A stretch of 64,000 bases of DNA from Escherichia coli. GTDB lineage: Bacteria; Pseudomonadota; Gammaproteobacteria; Enterobacterales; Enterobacteriaceae. Of this stretch, positions 56,079-64,000 are shown one piece after another. The stretch lies in the NCBI RefSeq assembly GCF_050920415.1, contig NZ_CP169309.1. One strand, given 5' to 3'. The notes below the pieces were generated by a model. The model was given only the letters and a program-made list of their open reading frames with translations. It made no database searches and had not been told where the DNA came from. The position numbers were made by a program, and so were the translations under genes. Numbering within the stretch: the first letter of the stretch is position 1; each line of letters begins with the position of its first letter.

Positions 56079-56094
56079 CTGTATATTCATTCAG
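56079..56094. promoter_or_regulatory. LexA box in the divergent ssb/uvrA promoter region
   Basis: CTGTATATTCATTCAG fits CTGT-N8-ACAG, about 90 bp upstream of the uvrA start. Confidence 0.75.
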
Positions 56095-56179
56095 GTCAAT
56101 TTGTGTCATAATTAACCGTTTGTGATCGCCGGTAGCACCATGCCACCGGGCAAAAAAGCGTTTAATCCGGGAAAGGTGA

Positions 56180-59002
56180 ATGGATAAGATCGAAGTTCGG
56201 GGCGCCCGCACCCATAATCTCAAAAACATCAACCTCGTTATCCCCCGCGACAAGCTCATTGTCGTGACCGGGCTTTCGGGTTCTGGCAAATCCTCGCTCG
56301 CTTTCGACACCTTATATGCCGAAGGGCAGCGCCGTTACGTTGAATCCCTTTCCGCCTACGCGCGGCAGTTTCTGTCACTGATGGAAAAGCCGGACGTCGA
56401 CCATATTGAGGGGCTTTCTCCTGCCATCTCAATTGAGCAGAAATCGACGTCTCACAACCCGCGTTCTACGGTGGGGACAATCACCGAAATCCACGACTAT
56501 TTGCGTTTGTTGTTCGCCCGCGTCGGCGAGCCGCGCTGTCCGGACCACGACGTCCCGCTGGCGGCGCAAACCGTCAGCCAGATGGTGGATAACGTGCTGT
56601 CGCAGCCGGAAGGTAAACGCCTGATGCTGCTCGCGCCAATCATTAAAGAGCGCAAAGGCGAACACACCAAAACGCTGGAAAATCTGGCAAGCCAGGGTTA
56701 CATCCGTGCTCGTATTGATGGCGAAGTCTGCGATCTTTCCGATCCGCCGAAACTGGAACTGCAAAAGAAACATACCATTGAAGTGGTGGTTGATCGCTTC
56801 AAGGTGCGTGACGATCTCACCCAACGTCTGGCAGAGTCGTTTGAAACCGCGCTGGAGCTTTCCGGTGGTACCGCGGTAGTTGCCGATATGGACGATCCAA
56901 AAGCGGAAGAGCTGCTATTTTCCGCCAACTTCGCTTGTCCAATTTGCGGCTACAGTATGCGTGAACTGGAACCACGCCTGTTTTCGTTTAACAACCCGGC
57001 GGGGGCCTGCCCGACCTGTGACGGCCTTGGCGTACAGCAATATTTCGATCCTGATCGCGTGATCCAAAACCCGGAACTGTCGCTGGCTGGCGGTGCGATC
57101 CGTGGCTGGGATCGCCGCAACTTCTATTATTTCCAGATGCTGAAATCGCTGGCAGATCACTATAAGTTCGACGTCGAAGCGCCGTGGGGCAGCCTGAGCG
57201 CGAACGTGCATAAAGTGGTGTTGTACGGTTCTGGCAAAGAAAACATTGAATTCAAATACATGAACGATCGTGGCGATACCTCCATTCGTCGTCATCCGTT
57301 CGAAGGCGTGCTGCACAATATGGAGCGCCGTTATAAAGAGACGGAATCCAGTGCGGTACGCGAAGAATTAGCCAAGTTTATCAGCAATCGCCCGTGCGCC
57401 AGCTGCGAAGGAACGCGTCTGCGTCGGGAAGCGCGCCATGTGTATGTCGAGAATACGCCGCTGCCTGCTATCTCCGACATGAGCATCGGTCATGCGATGG
57501 AATTCTTCAACAATCTCAAACTCGCAGGTCAACGAGCGAAGATTGCGGAAAAAATTCTTAAGGAGATTGGCGATCGCCTGAAATTCCTCGTTAACGTCGG
57601 CCTGAATTACCTGACACTTTCCCGCTCGGCAGAAACGCTTTCTGGCGGTGAAGCCCAGCGTATCCGTCTGGCGAGCCAGATTGGTGCGGGCCTGGTTGGC
57701 GTTATGTACGTGCTCGATGAGCCGTCTATCGGCCTGCACCAGCGCGATAACGAGCGCCTGCTGGGTACGCTTATCCATCTGCGCGATCTCGGTAATACCG
57801 TGATTGTGGTGGAGCACGACGAAGACGCGATTCGCGCCGCTGACCATGTGATCGACATTGGCCCGGGCGCAGGTGTACACGGCGGTGAAGTAGTCGCGGA
57901 AGGTCCCCTGGAAGCGATTATGGCGGTGCCTGAGTCGTTAACCGGGCAGTACATGAGCGGCAAACGCAAGATTGAAGTGCCGAAGAAACGCGTTCCGGCG
58001 AATCCGGAAAAAGTGCTGAAGCTGACAGGCGCACGTGGTAATAACCTGAAAGACGTGACGCTGACGCTGCCAGTCGGTCTGTTTACCTGCATCACAGGGG
58101 TTTCAGGTTCCGGTAAATCGACGCTGATTAACGACACACTGTTCCCGATTGCCCAACGCCAGTTGAATGGTGCGACCATCGCCGAACCGGCACCTTATCG
58201 CGATATTCAGGGGCTGGAGCATTTCGATAAAGTGATCGATATCGACCAAAGCCCAATTGGTCGTACTCCGCGTTCTAACCCGGCGACCTATACCGGCGTG
58301 TTTACGCCTGTGCGCGAACTGTTTGCGGGCGTACCGGAATCCCGTGCGCGCGGTTATACACCAGGACGATTCAGCTTTAACGTTCGCGGCGGACGCTGCG
58401 AAGCCTGTCAGGGCGATGGCGTGATCAAAGTGGAGATGCACTTCCTACCGGACATTTACGTACCGTGCGACCAGTGCAAAGGTAAACGCTATAACCGTGA
58501 AACGCTGGAGATTAAGTACAAAGGCAAAACCATCCACGAAGTGCTGGATATGACCATCGAAGAGGCGCGTGAGTTCTTTGATGCGGTACCAGCTCTGGCA
58601 CGTAAGCTGCAAACATTGATGGACGTTGGCCTGACGTATATTCGTCTGGGTCAGTCCGCAACCACGCTTTCTGGTGGTGAAGCCCAGCGCGTGAAGCTGG
58701 CGCGTGAGTTGTCAAAACGCGGCACCGGGCAGACGCTGTATATTCTCGACGAGCCGACCACCGGTCTGCACTTCGCCGATATTCAGCAACTGCTCGACGT
58801 ACTGCATAAACTGCGCGATCAGGGCAATACCATCGTGGTGATTGAGCACAATCTCGACGTGATCAAAACCGCTGACTGGATTGTCGACCTGGGGCCGGAA
58901 GGCGGCAGTGGCGGCGGCGAGATCCTCGTCTCCGGTACACCAGAAACCGTCGCGGAGTGCGAAGCATCACACACGGCACGCTTCCTTAAGCCGATGCTGT
59001 AA
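56180..59002 (+). CDS. uvrA: Excinuclease ABC subunit A
   Basis: 940 aa; two ABC ATPase modules ([18 protein letters not shown]) and zinc-finger Cys pairs. Confidence 0.97.
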   Translation: MDKIEVRGARTHNLKNINLVIPRDKLIVVTGLSGSGKSSLAFDTLYAEGQRRYVESLSAYARQFLSLMEKPDVDHIEGLSPAISIEQKSTSHNPRSTVGTITEIHDYLRLLFARVGEPRCPDHDVPLAAQTVSQMVDNVLSQPEGKRLMLLAPIIKERKGEHTKTLENLASQGYIRARIDGEVCDLSDPPKLELQKKHTIEVVVDRFKVRDDLTQRLAESFETALELSGGTAVVADMDDPKAEELLFSANFACPICGYSMRELEPRLFSFNNPAGACPTCDGLGVQQYFDPDRVIQNPELSLAGGAIRGWDRRNFYYFQMLKSLADHYKFDVEAPWGSLSANVHKVVLYGSGKENIEFKYMNDRGDTSIRRHPFEGVLHNMERRYKETESSAVREELAKFISNRPCASCEGTRLRREARHVYVENTPLPAISDMSIGHAMEFFNNLKLAGQRAKIAEKILKEIGDRLKFLVNVGLNYLTLSRSAETLSGGEAQRIRLASQIGAGLVGVMYVLDEPSIGLHQRDNERLLGTLIHLRDLGNTVIVVEHDEDAIRAADHVIDIGPGAGVHGGEVVAEGPLEAIMAVPESLTGQYMSGKRKIEVPKKRVPANPEKVLKLTGARGNNLKDVTLTLPVGLFTCITGVSGSGKSTLINDTLFPIAQRQLNGATIAEPAPYRDIQGLEHFDKVIDIDQSPIGRTPRSNPATYTGVFTPVRELFAGVPESRARGYTPGRFSFNVRGGRCEACQGDGVIKVEMHFLPDIYVPCDQCKGKRYNRETLEIKYKGKTIHEVLDMTIEEAREFFDAVPALARKLQTLMDVGLTYIRLGQSATTLSGGEAQRVKLARELSKRGTGQTLYILDEPTTGLHFADIQQLLDVLHKLRDQGNTIVVIEHNLDVIKTADWIVDLGPEGGSGGGEILVSGTPETVAECEASHTARFLKPML

Positions 59003-59007
59003 TCGTT

Positions 59008-59032
59008 AAGGCCGCTTTCTGAGCGGCCTTTT
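59008..59032. terminator. Bidirectional terminator between uvrA and yjbR
   Basis: aaggccgct-ttctg-agcggcctt followed by tttcctttc; A-rich on the opposite side. Confidence 0.7.
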
Positions 59033-59036
59033 CCTT

Positions 59037-59393
59037 TCAGAGTTGCACCAGCAATTTACGTTTTTCTTCCGGCAGTAAATTCACCGCCTGCTGATAAGAC
59101 GCATCCACCAGATAATAGATTTGCGAATCTGGCAGCGAACCGTCGAGATACACGGTGCTCCAGTGCGCTTTATTCAGATGGCGGCTTGGACGCACATCGC
59201 TGTGCTGCTGACGTAGCAGCTCCGCCAGCTCCGGGCTGGTTTTCAGCGAAACAGCTGGGCGATTTTCTACTTCTTTCACCATCGCAAACAGTACATCTTC
59301 CACTTTGATCTGCGTCGCTTTCCAGTCGTTATGCACGCTCTGTTCTGCGCCTGGTTTTGCCATGCAATATTGTAGCAACTCCGAAATGGTCAT
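59037..59393 (-). CDS. yjbR: Uncharacterised protein YjbR (MmcQ/YjbR family)
   Basis: 118 aa; recognised as E. coli YjbR; downstream of yjbQ. Confidence 0.8.
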   Translation of the reverse strand: MTISELLQYCMAKPGAEQSVHNDWKATQIKVEDVLFAMVKEVENRPAVSLKTSPELAELLRQQHSDVRPSRHLNKAHWSTVYLDGSLPDSQIYYLVDASYQQAVNLLPEEKRKLLVQL

Positions 59394-59396
59394 TTT

Positions 59397-59813
59397 TTAC
59401 TCCCCTTGTAGTGTCGCGATGATGCGACGCGATCCGCCGTGGATGCGATGTTCCCCCAGCCAGATGCCTTGCCAGGTGCCGGTCTGAATACGCCCTTTAT
59501 GCACCGGCAATACAAGCGATGTTCCCAACATTGAGGATTTGATATGAGAAGGCATATCGTCGGCCCCCTCATAGTCATGCTCATAATTTCCGTTATCGGG
59601 AACGGTGCGGAGGAAAAAACGCTCCATGTCCTGGCGTACGGTGGGATCGCAGTTCTCATTAAGTGTCAGAGAGGCGGAGGTATGTTGCAGCAACAGATGC
59701 AGTAAGCCGATGTTAACACGCGGCATATCAGCCAGCTGATGCAGTATTTCATCCGTTACCAGATGAAATCCACGAGATTTGGCGCTAAGCGTGAGCGTCT
59801 TTTGATACCACAT
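59397..59813 (-). CDS. yjbQ: Uncharacterised UPF0047-family protein YjbQ
   Basis: 138 aa; recognised as E. coli YjbQ. Confidence 0.8.
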   Translation of the reverse strand: MWYQKTLTLSAKSRGFHLVTDEILHQLADMPRVNIGLLHLLLQHTSASLTLNENCDPTVRQDMERFFLRTVPDNGNYEHDYEGADDMPSHIKSSMLGTSLVLPVHKGRIQTGTWQGIWLGEHRIHGGSRRIIATLQGE

Positions 59814-59923
59814 GTGCTGCTCCTTGATAAAACTCTCTTAATCAGTTTGCAGCAAGACAGCGAAAGGATAAAGGTGTGATTAAAAAAACAGCATTCGGGA
59901 GAGCATCACGCTCTCCCGCTCTG

Positions 59924-60658
<735 letters not shown>

Positions 60659-60973
60659 CTATTGAAACGTTTTATTATGAGATTTGTTGCAAAAACCATC
60701 TGACCATAACGCCAGCTGCCAGGGAATAAAAGGATTATCTACGGCTTTTGTTAAGAAAGGGAGCAGGATCACATGCGATCAGACTATGTTTGTTGTATTT
60801 AATAACTTAATGGCTCTCTATTGTGTAAAAATATTCGGATATAAAAACTTCTATTTTCTCAGTAGGAAATATCGATTATCAGAACCCATTCCTTTGTACG
60901 ATTAGCCGAAAAAATACGTATACCCACTTATTGATGATTGAGCAGGCGGCTGTTCATCCGCCTGCCAACGACA

Positions 60974-62167
60974 TTACATCACCGCAGCAAACGCCTTTGC
61001 CACACGTTGTACATTTGCCGTATTTAACCCGGCGACACACATGCGACCGCTGGCGATGAGATAGACACCAAATTCTTCACGTAGTCGGTCAACCTGAGCG
61101 GCACTTAAACCGGTATAACTGAACATACCGCGCTGATTAAGCAGATAATCGAAATTGCGTTCTGGCATTTCTGTGCTCAATACCTTCACCAGTTCCTGAC
61201 GCATCGCCAGAATGCGAGTACGCATCTCTTCTACTTCCGCCAGCCAGCTGGCTTTCAATGCCTCGTCATTCAGCACCGCAGCCACCACCTGCGCACCAAA
61301 ATTCGGCGGGCTGGAGTAGTTGCGGCGAACTGTTGCTTTCAATTGCCCCAGTACGCGGCCTGCGGCTTCGGCATCTTCACACAGCACAGAAAGTCCGCCG
61401 ACGCGCTCGCCGTAAAGGGAGAAAATTTTCGAGAACGAATTGCTCACCAGAGCGGGTAATCCAGCGCTGGCAATGGCGCGAATGGCGTAGGCATCCTCTT
61501 CCATACCGGCACCAAATCCTTGATAGGCAATATCAAGAAATGGGATAAGCTCGCGGGCTTTGAGAATTTGAATCACCGCATCCCACTGGTCATTAGTGAG
61601 ATCGGCACCCGTTGGGTTGTGGCAACATGGGTGCAGCAACACAATACTGCGGGCAGGTAATGTTTTTAGCGTCGCCAACAGGTCATTAAAGCGCACGCCG
61701 TTAGTCGCTTCGTCATACCAGGGGTAAGTACTCACTTCGAATCCAGCCCCGGCGAATATTGCTACGTGGTTTTCCCAGGTAGGATCGCTGACCCAGACGC
61801 CTGATTCCGGGAAGTAGCGTTTCAGGAAATCTGCGCCCACTTTCAATGCCCCTGAGCCGCCAAGGGTTTGAATGGTTGCTACGCGCTGTTGTTGCAGTAC
61901 CGGATGGTCCGCACCAAACAGCAGCGGCGCAATGGCATGGCGATAGCTATTAAGCCCTTCCATCGGTAAATAAAGCGAAGCGCCATGAGGCTGCGCATTC
62001 AGGCGCACTTCCGCATCCGCCACGGCTTTCAGTTGGGGAATAATTCCGTCTTCGTTGTAGTACAGACCGATACTTAAATTCACTTTGTCGCTGCGAGGGT
62101 CTTCTTTGAAACGCTCCATAAGCGTAAGAATCGGGTCGCCAGCGTAGGCGTCAACTTTTTGAAACAC
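60974..62167 (-). CDS. tyrB: Aromatic-amino-acid aminotransferase (GTG start)
   Basis: 397 aa from [38 protein letters not shown]; PLP lysine region [16 protein letters not shown]; the track ORF extends 31 codons upstream with no convincing RBS. Confidence 0.9.
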   Translation of the reverse strand: MFQKVDAYAGDPILTLMERFKEDPRSDKVNLSIGLYYNEDGIIPQLKAVADAEVRLNAQPHGASLYLPMEGLNSYRHAIAPLLFGADHPVLQQQRVATIQTLGGSGALKVGADFLKRYFPESGVWVSDPTWENHVAIFAGAGFEVSTYPWYDEATNGVRFNDLLATLKTLPARSIVLLHPCCHNPTGADLTNDQWDAVIQILKARELIPFLDIAYQGFGAGMEEDAYAIRAIASAGLPALVSNSFSKIFSLYGERVGGLSVLCEDAEAAGRVLGQLKATVRRNYSSPPNFGAQVVAAVLNDEALKASWLAEVEEMRTRILAMRQELVKVLSTEMPERNFDYLLNQRGMFSYTGLSAAQVDRLREEFGVYLIASGRMCVAGLNTANVQRVAKAFAAVM

Positions 62168-62419
62168 GCGATGGTTCTCCAGGTTTACGAGCAGGTGGTT
62201 AAAAACACAATAAACCGGAAGGTGGGGAAGATCGAGAGGATGTTCAGGGGTGAACGACAATTAGCAACAAAAAGTGACCAATGACAAACGCACATTCGCC
62301 AGAGGCACGACCTTTATAACAGCATGAAATAATATCAATTTATTGAATTAGTAAGATTTTATTAGCCGGATAGGCATTCATACCACATCCGGCACAGATA
62401 ATCAGATATTACAGAACGA

Positions 62420-63499
62420 TTAATCCACGTATTTCATCGCGACCCTTGAAGTCAGGCGCGTGATAAGTTCGTAAGCGCTCACTTTCGTCATTTCAGCGAT
62501 ACGTTCTACGGGCAAACCTTCGCCCCATAAAATGACCGGGTCCCCGGCTTTATCCTGCGCCTGTGGACCTAAGTCGACGCAGATCATATCCATCGCGACT
62601 CGCCCGACAATCGGCACTTCGCGACCGTTCACCAGCACTGGCGTACCGGACGGCGCGGCGCGCGGATAACCATCGCCATAACCCATAGCGACTACGCCAA
62701 GACGGGTATTACGTTCGCTTACCCAGGTTCCACCATAACCGACAGGCTCTCCGGCTTTATGCTCACGCACAGCAATCAGGCTGGAGGTCAATGACATTAC
62801 CGGCTGACAGCCAAAATCGGCACCGGTGGAGCGATCTTCCAGCGGCGAGACACCGTAAAGAATGATGCCCGGGCGCACCCAGTCAAAATGTGACTGTGGC
62901 CACAGCAGAATGCCCCCCGACGCGGCAATGGAACGTTGACCAGGTTTGCCTTCACAAAAGGTATTAAAGATATCGAGTTGTTTCTCGGTTGCACCGCATT
63001 TTGGCTCATCCGCGCGCGCAAAATGGCTGACAATATTCACCGGCTGACGAACGTTTTTGCACCGCGTCAGACGATGATAAAACGCCTCAGCCTGTTCCGG
63101 CCTTACACCCAGACGGTGCATACCAGTATCGAGTTTCATCCAGACGGTAACCGGCTCGTCCAGGCTGGCCTCTTCCAGCGCAGCAAGCTGTTCTTCGTTA
63201 TGCACGGCGGTATGAAAATGTTGCGCAGAAATCGTCGGTAGATCTCTGGCATCAAAAAAGCCTTCGAGTAAAAGTACAGGTTTGGTGATTCCCCCCGCAC
63301 GCAGTCGCAGAGCTTCTTCGAGACGGGCTACGCCAAAGGCGTCAGCATCGGGGAGCGTTCGCGCGGTCTCAAGAAGACCGTGACCATAAGCGTTCGCTTT
63401 CACCACCGCAACCATTTTACTGGCAGGTGCCAGTTCACGAAGACGTTGCAGGTTGTGTCGCAGAGCGCGGCGGTTAATCACAACAGTTGCCGCTTGCAT
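62420..63499 (-). CDS. alr: Alanine racemase (biosynthetic)
   Basis: 359 aa; PLP-lysine region [11 protein letters not shown]. Confidence 0.93.
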   Translation of the reverse strand: MQAATVVINRRALRHNLQRLRELAPASKMVAVVKANAYGHGLLETARTLPDADAFGVARLEEALRLRAGGITKPVLLLEGFFDARDLPTISAQHFHTAVHNEEQLAALEEASLDEPVTVWMKLDTGMHRLGVRPEQAEAFYHRLTRCKNVRQPVNIVSHFARADEPKCGATEKQLDIFNTFCEGKPGQRSIAASGGILLWPQSHFDWVRPGIILYGVSPLEDRSTGADFGCQPVMSLTSSLIAVREHKAGEPVGYGGTWVSERNTRLGVVAMGYGDGYPRAAPSGTPVLVNGREVPIVGRVAMDMICVDLGPQAQDKAGDPVILWGEGLPVERIAEMTKVSAYELITRLTSRVAMKYVD

Positions 63500-63551
63500 T
63501 TGTGTTCCTTGATAAGTGTTTGCTTTAATTACCTAATTCATAAAATAATTA

Positions 63552-64000
63552 TTATTCGTCGTCGTACTGCGGCCCCGCATAGTTGTCGAAGCGCGACCAT
63601 TGACCGTTAAAGGTCAGGCGTACCGTCCCGATTGGGCCGTTACGTTGTTTACCGATAATAATTTCCGCGATGCCTTTTAAATCACTGTTTTCGTGATACA
63701 CCTCATCACGATAGATAAACATGATCAAGTCCGCATCCTGCTCGATAGAGCCAGATTCACGCAGGTCGGAGTTGACCGGGCGTTTGTCGGCACGTTGTTC
63801 CAGAGAACGGTTCAACTGGGACAGCGCCACCACCGGCACGTTCAGTTCTTTCGCCAGTGCTTTCAGCGAGCGGGAGATTTCTGCAATTTCCAGCGTACGG
63901 TTATCGGAAAGCGCCGGTACGCGCATCAGTTGCAGGTAGTCGATCATGATAAGCCCAATGCCGCCATGTTCTCGGGCAATACGCCGCGCGCGGGAGCGCA
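63552..64000 (-). CDS. dnaB: Replicative DNA helicase DnaB, C-terminal part (5' end beyond the window)
   Basis: Track ORF starts at an internal Met; the reading frame continues to the window edge; C-terminus ...[22 protein letters not shown] matches DnaB. Confidence 0.9.
   Translation of the reverse strand, partial: RSRARRIAREHGGIGLIMIDYLQLMRVPALSDNRTLEIAEISRSLKALAKELNVPVVALSQLNRSLEQRADKRPVNSDLRESGSIEQDADLIMFIYRDEVYHENSDLKGIAEIIIGKQRNGPIGTVRLTFNGQWSRFDNYAGPQYDDE

Overview
This window reads as a contiguous stretch of Escherichia coli-type chromosome, equivalent to the K-12 dnaB to adiY interval in reverse orientation. I did not find a convincing undescribed system; nearly every ORF matches a known E. 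coli protein. All identifications are from reading the translations and motifs against memory, with no database search run. Gene order is adiY (partial), adiC, eptA-basR-basS with the small convergent pmrR, proP, yjcZ-crfC, phnA, yjdN, the full phnCDEFGHIJKLMNOP phosphonate operon, yjdP, an rpiB remnant, yjcS, ytcA-mdtNOP, fdhF, yjcO, gltP, nrfABCDEFG, acs-yjcH-actP, yjcF, yjcE, ghxP, soxR/soxS, pdeC, yjcB, ssb, uvrA, yjbR, yjbQ, aphA, tyrB, alr and dnaB (partial). Differences from K-12 as I recall it are an intact phnE and the absence of the D-allose operon between yjdP and yjcS, where only a broken rpiB fragment remains. The best candidates for unexplored biology are the uncharacterised loci: the yjcZ-crfC dynamin-like pair, the AT-rich pentapeptide-repeat gene yjcF with an adjacent perfect 27-bp palindrome, the charged-repeat protein YjdP, and two GC-rich composite palindromes inside the phn operon. 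No prophage, transposase, integrase, CRISPR array, tRNA or rRNA was seen.
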